Origin: a virus
Lineage: Duplodnaviria; Caudoviricetes
IMG/VR virus record: IMGVR_UViG_3300032321_001419
Span: 2,327-66,326 of that record
DNA: 64,000 nucleotides
Reading direction: 5' to 3' (one strand)
Positions 9,951 to 19,462 of the stretch are shown piece by piece (position 1 is the stretch's first letter; the number at the start of each line of letters is the position of its first letter). The notes beneath the pieces were generated by a model, which saw only the letters and a list, made by a program, of their open reading frames with translations, did no database searches and was not told the origin of the DNA. A program made the translations under genes and the position numbers.

Positions 9951-10174
9951 TATTCAGATTGTTTTAATTGTTTTGGCATAAATTCTTCATTCACGTGTCC
10001 ACATTTAGAACATACGAATACTGGAATTGGGATTAGTGCATCTTGAGCGGTTCCTGTTAAGAAACGAGATGCTTTACGTAATAATACTCCTTCTTGGAAT
10101 ACTTCGTTTTGGCATTCATCACACGATGATGCTGTTGTCTTATCTAGACTGATATTTAATTGTTGTTGTTCCAT
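9950..10174 (-). CDS. Small zinc-finger hypothetical protein
   Basis: CDEC...CSKC, 74 aa, with stop/start overlaps on both sides. Confidence 0.55.
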   Translation of the reverse strand: MEQQQLNISLDKTTASSCDECQNEVFQEGVLLRKASRFLTGTAQDALIPIPVFVCSKCGHVNEEFMPKQLKQSE

Positions 10175-11097
10175 TATAATACTCTTTTTTTATTTAATTC
10201 TAAGATTTTTGCAATACATGCTGCAAAGTTAATTTCTTTATCAGGCACTACACCTGCTCTCCAAATAAAATCATCTAATACTACTGAAATTTCAGCATCG
10301 TGACCAAATGAATATTTTTCTAAGTTATCAAACATAAAGCGATATGCTGTTTGAAAATCATCTACTTGTGTATCTGCTACTAATTGACGAATTGTATACC
10401 ATGCTTTACTATCTCTACTTGATAATATATCAGTTAATTTATTTAACCAATCACTATCAGGTACAACGTAAGTAAATTTATTATCTTTAACACATGATTG
10501 TAAGTTTTTAATTACTGAACGAACATCAGGATAACATTCTTTAATCAATGCTGCTACTTCTTTAATATCATATGTTACTTTTTCAGTATCTAAAATATTA
10601 GTAACAATATGACGTGCTACATCCCCCATTGAAGGTGGTTTTAACATATGAATTTCACAACGTGATTGAAGTGGTTCAATTAGACGTTCAAGATAATTAC
10701 AAGTTAATACAAATCGAGTTGAAGATGAATATTCCTCAATAATATTACGTAATGCTGCTTGAGCAGGTTGAGTTAAGAAATCAGCCTCATCTAAAATAAC
10801 AACTTTTAATGGTTGAAATGATGCAGCAGAAGCAAACCCTTTTACCTTTTCACGAATAACATCAATACCATTTTCATCACTAGCATTTAAATAAATGTAA
10901 TCACACTTAATGTTGTTTACAATTAATTTAGCTAATGTAGTTTTACCAGTACCTGCAGTACCAGCAAATATAAAATGGGGAATATCATTTTGAGAAATAC
11001 AACCTTCAATACGAGATTTTACAACTTCGTTGCCTATGTATTGATCTAGATTTTCGGATCTATATTTTTCGATCCATAACGTGTGTTTTTTCTTCAT
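10174..11097 (-). CDS. Clamp-loader large AAA+ subunit (T4 gp44 / RFC-small-like)
   Basis: LWIEKYR, Walker A GTAGTGKTT, LNASDENG, Walker B VVILDEAD, IEPLQSRC (SRC). Probable start is MKKKH at 11097. Confidence 0.92.
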   Translation of the reverse strand: MKKKHTLWIEKYRSENLDQYIGNEVVKSRIEGCISQNDIPHFIFAGTAGTGKTTLAKLIVNNIKCDYIYLNASDENGIDVIREKVKGFASAASFQPLKVVILDEADFLTQPAQAALRNIIEEYSSSTRFVLTCNYLERLIEPLQSRCEIHMLKPPSMGDVARHIVTNILDTEKVTYDIKEVAALIKECYPDVRSVIKNLQSCVKDNKFTYVVPDSDWLNKLTDILSSRDSKAWYTIRQLVADTQVDDFQTAYRFMFDNLEKYSFGHDAEISVVLDDFIWRAGVVPDKEINFAACIAKILELNKKRVL

Positions 11098-11128
11098 AAC
11101 CTTAATATACAAATTTTATTTTGACATT

Positions 11129-11377
11129 TTATTCAGGATATACAATTACACCAGTATCTCTTTCACCTCGAGATGTTAATAGTGGTTCTGGGGGTATTGT
11201 TTCAAATGTATTTCCTTGTATTTTAAATGAACCTCCTTGTTTAATCATTTTCTTAAAGAAATTTTCTTGCGATTCAGTCCAAGTTTCACTCAAGTCTAAT
11301 ACGACTTGTTTTTCAACTAATTTTCCATTTAAGTAGATGTCTACTCCTTTTCTAATTGATTGTCCTTTTAGTGCCAT
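11129..11377 (-). CDS. Hypothetical protein, 82 aa
   Basis: ORF on the coding strand filling the gap below the groEL terminator. Confidence 0.5.
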   Translation of the reverse strand: MALKGQSIRKGVDIYLNGKLVEKQVVLDLSETWTESQENFFKKMIKQGGSFKIQGNTFETIPPEPLLTSRGERDTGVIVYPE

Positions 11378-11392
11378 TTTTATTTTAATTAA

Positions 11393-11420
11393 ATAAGGGG
11401 ATCATTTGATCCCCCTATTA
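11393..11420 (-). terminator. Probable intrinsic terminator after groEL
   Basis: GGGGATCA-AA-TGATCCCC hairpin followed by TTATTT on the minus strand, just past the groEL stop. Confidence 0.6.
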
Positions 11421-11421
11421 T

Positions 11422-13044
11422 TTACATTCCAAACTGTGACATGTCTACATCATTGCCGCCTGGTTTTTTCTCCTCAGGTTTTTCATGAATAACACATTCA
11501 GTCATTAGTAATGTTACTGCTGCTGCTGATGCATTTTCTAAAGCACATCTAACAACTTTTGTAGGATCAATAATACCTGCTTCATAAGCATCTACTAATT
11601 TCCCCTCATTAATGTTAGGAACATTATTAGCATTTGAGGTGTTTAATTCAATTAACCATTTATAAACATCTTCACCAGCATTTCCTAGAATTTGTTTAAA
11701 TGGAATTGAACAGGCATCAAATACAATTTTACTACCAATACCAAAATCAGTATTATCTCGATTTGTAATTGCATTTCTAGCATTTAATAAAGCAACACCT
11801 GCACCTGGTAGAATACCTTCTTCAAGAGCAGCTTTAGTAGCTTGTAAAGCATCATCTAAACGATCTTTTTTCTCTTTCATTTCAATTTCAGTACCACCAC
11901 CAACATTAATAATTGCAACTCCACCTACCATTTTAGCTAAGCGTTCTTGTAATTTTTCAATTTCATATGGTGATTTAGAATTATCGATTTGTTGTTTTAA
12001 TTCTAAAATACGTGATTCAATTAAATCAGCATCACCTTTACCATCAACAATTGTAGTAGTTTCTTTACCTACAGTTACAACGCGTGCACTACCAAACCAA
12101 TCTGTATTGAATTTATCTAAGCGCATACCTTTGTCTGAAGATACAACTTGACCACCTGTTAATGTAGCAATATCCTCTAAAATGTGCAATCTACGATCTC
12201 CAAAGTCAGGAGCTTTAACAGCAGCAACTTTTAAGATACCACGCATTTTATTTACAATTAATGTAGCTAAAGCTTCACCATCAATTTCCTCAGCAACAAT
12301 TAATAATGATTTATTTTGTTGTGATACTGATTCTAATAAGGGCAATAATTCTTTAACTGCTGTAATTCTACTGTTAACTAATAATACTAAGGTATCGTTT
12401 AATACTGCTTGCATTGTGTTGTTATCAGTAACGAAGTATGGGGATTTATAACCACGTTCGAATTGTAAACCTTCCACAACCTCTAATGATGTTTCTCCAG
12501 TACGAGATTCTTCTACTGTAACAACACCATCACGACCTACTTTATCTAATGCTGTAGTAACTAAATTACCAATTTCCTCATCACCATTTGCTGATAATGT
12601 AGCAATTTGTTTAATTTGTTTTTCATCAGTAATATCAACTGATTGTTCTTTTAATTCATTAACTACTGCTTTAATAGCTGCTTCAATACCACGTTTTACT
12701 TGAGTAGCATTAGTTGAAGGATATGATGTAGCACTTAATGCTCCAGAAGCAATAGCGTGAGCTAATACTGTTGAAGTTGTTGTACCATCACCTGCTGCAT
12801 CAACTGTTTTAGAGGCAGCTTGTTTAATAACTGTAGCAGCCATATTTTCAATTGGATCTTCTAATGAAATTGTTTTTGCAACTGTAACACCGTCTTTAGT
12901 AGTTGCTACTTGACCGTGTTCTTTTTCAATCAAAACGTTACGTCCATAAGGACCCATTGTTGTAGCTACTGCTTTATATACCTTATCGATACCTACTTGT
13001 AGCTTTTCTTTTGCTTCTCTATCGAAACTAATAATTTTGCTCAT
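11422..13044 (-). CDS. groEL: Chaperonin GroEL
   Basis: TMGPYGRNV, TKDGVTVAK, AGDGTTTST, GLQFERGY, KAPDFGDRR, KLQERLAK, DALQATKAA, GIIDPTKV; 540 aa. Confidence 0.97.
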   Translation of the reverse strand: MSKIISFDREAKEKLQVGIDKVYKAVATTMGPYGRNVLIEKEHGQVATTKDGVTVAKTISLEDPIENMAATVIKQAASKTVDAAGDGTTTSTVLAHAIASGALSATSYPSTNATQVKRGIEAAIKAVVNELKEQSVDITDEKQIKQIATLSANGDEEIGNLVTTALDKVGRDGVVTVEESRTGETSLEVVEGLQFERGYKSPYFVTDNNTMQAVLNDTLVLLVNSRITAVKELLPLLESVSQQNKSLLIVAEEIDGEALATLIVNKMRGILKVAAVKAPDFGDRRLHILEDIATLTGGQVVSSDKGMRLDKFNTDWFGSARVVTVGKETTTIVDGKGDADLIESRILELKQQIDNSKSPYEIEKLQERLAKMVGGVAIINVGGGTEIEMKEKKDRLDDALQATKAALEEGILPGAGVALLNARNAITNRDNTDFGIGSKIVFDACSIPFKQILGNAGEDVYKWLIELNTSNANNVPNINEGKLVDAYEAGIIDPTKVVRCALENASAAAVTLLMTECVIHEKPEEKKPGGNDVDMSQFGM

Positions 13045-13048
13045 ATTT

Positions 13049-13342
13049 TTAATTTTCTAAAATTGCGATTAAATCTACTTCTTTAACTACAATGTAATCT
13101 TCACCTTCTACTGTGATGCGTTGTCCACCGAATGAAGGGAATGCTACTAATTGGCCTACTTTTACAATGGTTTCTAGGAATTTTTCACCTGTTACGCTCC
13201 ATGAACCTGGTCCAACTGCAACTACTTCACCCATTAATGGTTTTTCTTTACCAGCATCAGGTACAATAATGTTTCCATACATTGTTTCTGTTTCATCTTG
13301 TTGTTTAATTAGCACGTTACTGTGCAAAGGTATAACTTTCAT
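13049..13342 (-). CDS. groES: Co-chaperonin GroES
   Basis: MKVIPLHSNVLI, GNIIVPDAGKEKP, GEVVAVGPG, VKVGQLV, VKEVDLIAIL. Confidence 0.95.
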   Translation of the reverse strand: MKVIPLHSNVLIKQQDETETMYGNIIVPDAGKEKPLMGEVVAVGPGSWSVTGEKFLETIVKVGQLVAFPSFGGQRITVEGEDYIVVKEVDLIAILEN

Positions 13343-13369
13343 ATTTTTATGATTAAATTTATTTACGTG

Positions 13370-13398
13370 AATATAATGATAGGTCTCCGGGTTTCAAA
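13370..13398 (-). promoter_or_regulatory. Bacteroidota-type promoter upstream of groES
   Basis: Minus strand TTTG-N19-TATATT. Confidence 0.5.
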
Positions 13399-13422
13399 AC
13401 TTATTTATTTTTAATTCAAAAC

Positions 13423-13860
13423 TTATTTATTTTTAATTTGTTTGATTGATTTAATTTCAATCTTTAATGGTGCATTTTCGGCACCATAAGGAACATTAAT
13501 AATTAATAAACCTTTATCTAATATAGCTTCTGATTGAGCTAAATCAAGTTTAGAAGATAGTTTCCATGCTAAATCGAATGAACGTTTAGTTATTCCCTTT
13601 TGATAATATGCCTCTAAAGGAATATTATCTTCTAATTTATCATGTTTAATTCTTAAGGTATTGTCTTCTATTTGAATACTAAGATCGTTTTCTGTAAGAC
13701 CTACTACGGCTAGCTCAAATCGTAGCCCGTTTTCTGTTTCATAGATATCAACTGGATAGTTGATTTTTTCTTGTAGTGTGTTAAATGTCGAATTGGAATT
13801 CATAAAGTTTTTCCAAACGATGTCAAATGGGTCCATTGCCCAAGTTTGTAATTGTGTCAT
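13423..13860 (-). CDS. Small heat-shock protein (Hsp20/alpha-crystallin)
   Basis: YPVDIYE, ELAVVGL, GITKRSF, AILDKGLLIINVP. Confidence 0.9.
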   Translation of the reverse strand: MTQLQTWAMDPFDIVWKNFMNSNSTFNTLQEKINYPVDIYETENGLRFELAVVGLTENDLSIQIEDNTLRIKHDKLEDNIPLEAYYQKGITKRSFDLAWKLSSKLDLAQSEAILDKGLLIINVPYGAENAPLKIEIKSIKQIKNK

Positions 13861-13964
13861 AATTTTTAAAATGTTGTGTTCCCCTAAGGTGAACGAGTTA
13901 ATAATTAATTGTTAATAATGGAGACCTATCAGTATCTTCACTATCGTATATACATATATTAACT

Positions 13965-14687
13965 CTATTCCTTAGCGACAAGAAGGTAAAAAGAAGTTCC
14001 TTTTTCTGAGGTAAAATCAAGTCGCATTAATCCTTCATTACAAATACGTAATTTTCCTGATGTTAAATCTTTATTAGTATCTAGAATTTCACGTAAGTAA
14101 TTAATATTGAATTGTAATTGTTGGGTTTGTATTCCTTCGTATGTTGCTGGAACAGTGAAGACAATTTTATTAGTATATCCTTCATTTCCGCCTAATACAA
14201 AGCGTACTACTTTTGATTTTGCTTCATCATAATTTGCATCAACTGAAAATACTTCAGTGTCAATTGCTTTTTTAGCTTTGATGAATTTGTTGATAAATTC
14301 CAAATCAATATCAGCAGTAATATCATAGTTAGGTTCATTAATTGTAGGTACATTTGGAATCATTGTAGTATCAGCTAAAACATAATCCAAGTTATACTCA
14401 TTATCTGCAATAAGTAATTTAGTTGGGATATTATGTTCTTTAACTGTTTCTAATGTTAAAAATGAGTTAGTAATATTAATCAATTTTAATAATTGAGAAG
14501 TATCATAAATACCTAATTCAATATCCTCTAAATCAAATTCAGATGCGTTAATACAGCCAACTAAATCTTTGTTAGGTGCAACAAAGTTAATAGCTACATT
14601 TTTATCCTTAACTTGCATTTTAACGCGTTCAACAGTTCCGTTAAGGTAATATTTTTCGAATGTTGATACTAGGTGTAATTTATCCAT
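13965..14687 (-). CDS. DNA sliding clamp (T4 gp45-like)
   Basis: 240 aa, LGIYDTSQLLKLI, FNINYLREIL, C-terminal FYLLVAKE; lies between PolB and the clamp loader. Confidence 0.7.
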   Translation of the reverse strand: MDKLHLVSTFEKYYLNGTVERVKMQVKDKNVAINFVAPNKDLVGCINASEFDLEDIELGIYDTSQLLKLINITNSFLTLETVKEHNIPTKLLIADNEYNLDYVLADTTMIPNVPTINEPNYDITADIDLEFINKFIKAKKAIDTEVFSVDANYDEAKSKVVRFVLGGNEGYTNKIVFTVPATYEGIQTQQLQFNINYLREILDTNKDLTSGKLRICNEGLMRLDFTSEKGTSFYLLVAKE

Positions 14688-15094
14688 TATTTTTTAGGGA
14701 TTATTGATTTTAAAACGTTTTCGATACCAACTTCTAACTGACTGATCATTTGTTGTTCTTCTTGTTCATAATCATTATCCATTTTGGTATCGAACATTTT
14801 AGCTAATTTTTCATACAATTCATAAGGAATTTCTGTAATGTAATTGTACTTGTGGTTTGTAATTGAGATGCTATACTTCTCTAATTTAATGTATAGTCCT
14901 TTTCTCTCTAATTTAATGATTCTTTTGTTAGCAACAGGCATTAAAATTAGTTCAGAATTAACATCTTTAAGGGCAATTCTAAAAATAGAAGCTGATGTTT
15001 GATGTACTTTAGTAACTGGAAAAGTATTAGGACTATCATTAATAGTTTTCCATTTTTTCTTAATTTTAAATTTAATGTTTCTTAAAATGCTCAT
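14687..15094 (-). CDS. Hypothetical protein, 135 aa
   Basis: ORF on the coding strand with a promoter-like motif upstream. Confidence 0.55.
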   Translation of the reverse strand: MSILRNIKFKIKKKWKTINDSPNTFPVTKVHQTSASIFRIALKDVNSELILMPVANKRIIKLERKGLYIKLEKYSISITNHKYNYITEIPYELYEKLAKMFDTKMDNDYEQEEQQMISQLEVGIENVLKSIIPKK

Positions 15095-15117
15095 AACTGT
15101 TTTTATTTGTTTATATT

Positions 15118-15146
15118 AATGTAATGATATTATTGTGACAATCAAA
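15118..15146 (-). promoter_or_regulatory. Bacteroidota-type promoter whose spacer contains the palindrome ATTGT-N-ACAAT
   Basis: Minus strand TTTG-N19-TACATT. The 14-mer TATTGTGACAATCA (15131-15144) recurs exactly at 38040-38053. Confidence 0.5.
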
Positions 15147-17718
15147 ATGTAAAGAATCGAGTTACATTTTCATTTAGTGAAGGGAAATCCCAACCTAAAT
15201 CTTCATATATAGTTGATAATTTATTTAATAGTACTGAATTAAATACTTCCTCTCTATCAACATATTCCTCAATTAAATTAGTAATAAATTCAGGATCGTT
15301 ACCTGTAAATCCAATTACACTAATATTATATGGGTTTTTCTTTAATGTAACGTATTTCATCTTATCACCTTCAACAAAGCATGAATATGTTTTATCTAAT
15401 CTTTTAAAACGAAGCAAATCGTTGTAGTAGATAGCTGCTTTAGTATTGATAGGACATTTTGATTCCAATTCACTAAATATTTCTCCATTACGAGGTGATC
15501 GTTTAATGTACTTACGAATTTGTTTTACTCCTGTAGGTTTTGCTACTACGTCCCAAGATTGTGTTTTAAGATATTTTTTAAATTCAACAATACGTTTATT
15601 AATATCCTCTCTAGTTTTACCAAACATGATTTCCTGGATAATTGATTCGCCAAATTTCTTATAAGTGACAGGCATATTTGATTTCATCAAATCTAATCCT
15701 TTCATGTCTAATTCCTCTACAGGAACACCTTCCTTATTTACAATATACATTGCATAACGACGTTTACCTGAAAAATATCCCCTTTCAATTACAACTTCTT
15801 GTTTTAGTTCGAAGAAATGCTCTCTATCATCTGGAATATTAAATGCTTTAAGTGCAAATTGACCGATAAATTCATTCGATACTTTTTGAACTTCAGTAGC
15901 AACTTCTAATGTAGCAGCAATACATGCTTCTTTATCTTTTAAATTAATACCTTTAGCAACTAATATATCTTTAACTTGAATAAATAATGAATCGGTATCT
16001 GAAGTAACAACATAATCTTTATCAGTAGTACCTAATTTATTATTCATCCATTTATTTACATATTTAATTGATTCTTGTGTTACACGTTGACCAGTTAATG
16101 TAATTGCTGATGATATAAATTTATGTCCATCAGTATATCTCCAACTGTTAATTGCAAATACACCATAAACATCATTTAATTTAATCTTGTATGCGTGTTG
16201 TCTACGATTATAAAATTCACCTTTTTCAGCATCACCAGCTTTATAGGCTTTCTTCATTTTATTTTTATATTCAACACGTTTATTAAACCAATCAGTTAAT
16301 ACTTCACATACTACTGATGATTTATCTGTACGGAATAATGCTCCTGATGCAGCAACAATGATATTGTTTTCAATAATATAATCTCTAATTTTCTTTACTG
16401 CAACTTGTGTTTTATTAGTTGTAAAATCCGGATTTAATTTTTCAATAACGATTAATTCATCATCTTCCATCTCCATTAATTCATCTAGAGACCACTGATT
16501 ATCATATTTGTTACTGTTTACAATTCGTCCTACTAATGTTTCAATACCAATATTAAGTGAGCGAATAATTGAAGGATATAGTGATGTAAAGTCTAAGTCA
16601 ATCACCCATTCATACAAACCAGGTACAGGATCTTTTAAGTATCCACCAGCATACTCATCGCTTGTAGTGTTTTTTAACAGCGGATTAATAGTAGTTGGCT
16701 TATTTGGTGATGCAATGCCTTGTCGTTTTAAATACGTTAGTATAGCGCCATCATTCAACACAGTAGATAAGTATATCTGCTCGTATGGTGTATGACATAA
16801 GTGACAAATTGCTACTGTTAGATCAATAAATTTAAGTTTTTTCTCTAATTCAATAATAATCTCAACGTCTCGAATGTTATATTCAATAAACTTATTTACA
16901 TCCTCTCTGAATAATCGATCTAATGATCCTTCATATTCAATTTTAGTTAATTTAACATATTTTTCCCCAATTTCACCTAATTTATATGATGGTTCTTGTT
17001 TAGTAACGAATTTCTTAAACAACAACATATAATCTAGATGATTAATACCACCTATTTCAATTGGTTGTTCAGTATCGTATGGTGTGAAATTAATTTTTCT
17101 AATTGGGGATAAACGAGATGCTTCGTTTTCGTTTAAAACGTTACACAATCTATAATAAAGGTAGGGAATATCAAAAAATCCACTATTCCATCCTGAGATA
17201 ATAGTAGCGTCTACTTTTTCCCATAAATCTAGGAAAGCAGATAATAATTCCTTTTCAGTAGCATATGGTAATATTTCTCTACTACTTTCAACTGTATGAC
17301 TTAATTCATTCTTTTCGTCTAAAATTAAACAGTAATATTTTTGGTTTGAATTATCGTAAACGGAGATTGAAGTAATCTTCATTGGAGCCGTTTTAATATA
17401 TTCAGGTGTTAATGCTCCACCAATCTCACACTCAATATCAAAATAAACTATATTTTGCCATTCAGCTGTATCATCGCTTTCGTAGTAATTGTCAATTAAT
17501 AAACGAGTGCGTTTATCAACATCTTTCTCATACAATGATAAATCGTTTTTATCATACTTTTTAGTAGGAGTAGCCATTTGGCTATCTAACGTAGGAACAG
17601 TTCCGTAAACGTCTAATTTATAGTACGTAGGTTGATAATTAAAATGAGACCATCCCTTTTTATCATCGCGTAGATAATAAGAATAATCACTAAAATCGTA
17701 ATAGATTGATTGATACAT
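15142..17718 (-). CDS. Family B DNA polymerase (T4 gp43-like)
   Basis: Exo motifs YFDIEC, GWNSGFFDIPY, YNIRDVE; polymerase motifs DLDFTSLYPS, KIKLNDVYG, SDTDS, KRRYA, KGL; 858 aa with no intein-sized insertion. Confidence 0.95.
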   Translation of the reverse strand: MYQSIYYDFSDYSYYLRDDKKGWSHFNYQPTYYKLDVYGTVPTLDSQMATPTKKYDKNDLSLYEKDVDKRTRLLIDNYYESDDTAEWQNIVYFDIECEIGGALTPEYIKTAPMKITSISVYDNSNQKYYCLILDEKNELSHTVESSREILPYATEKELLSAFLDLWEKVDATIISGWNSGFFDIPYLYYRLCNVLNENEASRLSPIRKINFTPYDTEQPIEIGGINHLDYMLLFKKFVTKQEPSYKLGEIGEKYVKLTKIEYEGSLDRLFREDVNKFIEYNIRDVEIIIELEKKLKFIDLTVAICHLCHTPYEQIYLSTVLNDGAILTYLKRQGIASPNKPTTINPLLKNTTSDEYAGGYLKDPVPGLYEWVIDLDFTSLYPSIIRSLNIGIETLVGRIVNSNKYDNQWSLDELMEMEDDELIVIEKLNPDFTTNKTQVAVKKIRDYIIENNIIVAASGALFRTDKSSVVCEVLTDWFNKRVEYKNKMKKAYKAGDAEKGEFYNRRQHAYKIKLNDVYGVFAINSWRYTDGHKFISSAITLTGQRVTQESIKYVNKWMNNKLGTTDKDYVVTSDTDSLFIQVKDILVAKGINLKDKEACIAATLEVATEVQKVSNEFIGQFALKAFNIPDDREHFFELKQEVVIERGYFSGKRRYAMYIVNKEGVPVEELDMKGLDLMKSNMPVTYKKFGESIIQEIMFGKTREDINKRIVEFKKYLKTQSWDVVAKPTGVKQIRKYIKRSPRNGEIFSELESKCPINTKAAIYYNDLLRFKRLDKTYSCFVEGDKMKYVTLKKNPYNISVIGFTGNDPEFITNLIEEYVDREEVFNSVLLNKLSTIYEDLGWDFPSLNENVTRFFTF

Positions 17719-17740
17719 AACTTTTTATATACATGAAAAT

Positions 17741-17762
17741 AAAAAAGGCTCTGTGACGAGCC
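17741..17762 (-). terminator. Intrinsic terminator ending the glycosyltransferase island
   Basis: GGCTC-GTCACA-GAGCC-TTTTTT on the minus strand. Confidence 0.75.
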
Positions 17763-17770
17763 AAATTTAT

Positions 17771-19462
17771 TTAGTTTTCTCTTCGTTCATGATCCTCATA
17801 ATACACAATTCTATTGTGCCATACAGGAGAAGCTAATAATATTGCAGGATTAATATTTCCTTTTTTAGTTTCTTGATATATGTAAGACATCCAAGTTTGT
17901 TCATATGGATGAGCCCAAGTTGTATCTAAAAACATTTTTTGATTTCCTGCTTTACTAACAATCATCGGCCAGTTAGCATAATATATTTCACCTGAAATGT
18001 AACTTAATTCATCTAATACATCTATTTCTTTAAATGATGTTCTAGGTGCATTTAGATCTAATCCTGTTATAGGAAGTTTATCATAATTAGGCCAATCTCT
18101 AGTTCTAATATCTTGAGGAACATTGTACCAAGATACTTGAATATTATTATCCATGTAAACCTCAGTAAATGATAATTTTAAGAAATCAAATTCCTCTTTT
18201 AACATAATTTTATGAACCTTATTATATAAATCAGGTACAAATTTTCTAAATCCGTTTCTACAGAAGTCATTGTCAGTAGAAGGATTAAATCCCATATCAT
18301 CCTCAAAGAAGAAATAAAAATCACTATCAGATTCTTGAAAATGTTCTGCTGCTAAAAATCTACCTCTATTAATACCTAGATTTTCATTAGTAATAATATG
18401 TTCAAAACCATACTTTTCACAGATTGCTTTATTGCCTTCTATTGCTTCTGGTTTGTTAGAATTATCAATTAAAATTTTTCTAGGTTTAGATAACCAATCA
18501 GGTGAATTTGCTTCCCAAGTAGCTAATGTGTGTTCTACTTGTTGAGGGAAGTTAAATGTTAACATATATAGAGAACTTTTTATATTCTCAGTACTAGGAT
18601 TATAAATTTTTACTTTAGGTTTATCACCAATTGGTGCTAATTCTACTTTATCATCAATTAAATCTTGAACAAATTTAACTACTAATCCATTTCCATCTAA
18701 TTCATATCGTCTATAAACTTCTGGTTTAAGATAAGACATAATGGTAAAGATACTTTCCTCAGTACCCATTAAACCTTGATCTAATGTTTGTCTTAATAGA
18801 GAATAATATTCTGAATTTGCTTCATGAATGAATTCTTTAGTACCACCAAATAAACCTCCTCTACAAACATAATTTACATCAGCTTGTGCAATTGAATCTA
18901 TTGGTCCTTTTTTAAAACCATGAATTTCATCATTTGTTTCATATGGGTAACTTAAGAATAAAAATGTATTTAAAAGTGGTGATATTTTGTCTAATACATC
19001 ATTTTCAGTAAAATATTTGTCATAAACTGTATTAGTAATACCAGCATCTAACCAAATAAATTTTTCTGTATTAAATGGGTTCCATATTGATACATCGTGT
19101 AATAAAAACATTTTAGATTGTACAATTGGATTATACCATTCAAGAGATGCTTGTGGAGATTGAGATAGCCATCCACCTTCTCCTGTTTGATTATACCAAT
19201 CTGGATTGTTTCTAATTTGTTGTGTTTTATCCCAATGAGGAGCATACATATTTTTTATGTCCTCTAACTCATATACTCTAACATAAGTATTTTCAGTAGA
19301 ACGCTTAGCCCATACTAAATGTTCATATTCTTTAGGAATAAAAATAAATAGATTTTGGGGTATATCTAGAAAATTATTGAAATGTTCAATATAATGGTCA
19401 AAAGAACGACCATTTCTACCAATATTCCATAATCCAGTAACAACTGTTAAATTTTTATCCAT
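17771..19462 (-). CDS. WlaTC/HtrL(YibB)-like glycosyltransferase fused to a second GT-A-like domain
   Basis: N-terminal half: VVTGLWNIGR, VQSKMFLL, FIWLDAG, GGLFGG, GTEESI. C-terminal half: LIDNS, NLGINRGR, YFFFEDD. Confidence 0.6.
   Translation of the reverse strand: MDKNLTVVTGLWNIGRNGRSFDHYIEHFNNFLDIPQNLFIFIPKEYEHLVWAKRSTENTYVRVYELEDIKNMYAPHWDKTQQIRNNPDWYNQTGEGGWLSQSPQASLEWYNPIVQSKMFLLHDVSIWNPFNTEKFIWLDAGITNTVYDKYFTENDVLDKISPLLNTFLFLSYPYETNDEIHGFKKGPIDSIAQADVNYVCRGGLFGGTKEFIHEANSEYYSLLRQTLDQGLMGTEESIFTIMSYLKPEVYRRYELDGNGLVVKFVQDLIDDKVELAPIGDKPKVKIYNPSTENIKSSLYMLTFNFPQQVEHTLATWEANSPDWLSKPRKILIDNSNKPEAIEGNKAICEKYGFEHIITNENLGINRGRFLAAEHFQESDSDFYFFFEDDMGFNPSTDNDFCRNGFRKFVPDLYNKVHKIMLKEEFDFLKLSFTEVYMDNNIQVSWYNVPQDIRTRDWPNYDKLPITGLDLNAPRTSFKEIDVLDELSYISGEIYYANWPMIVSKAGNQKMFLDTTWAHPYEQTWMSYIYQETKKGNINPAILLASPVWHNRIVYYEDHERREN

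Noticed and set aside
13860-13965. CIRCE element or SD-type ROSE thermometer upstream of hsp20/groES
   Set aside because: No TTAGCACTC-N9-GAGTGCTAA and no SD-sequestering hairpin; only the inverted repeat reported above is supported.
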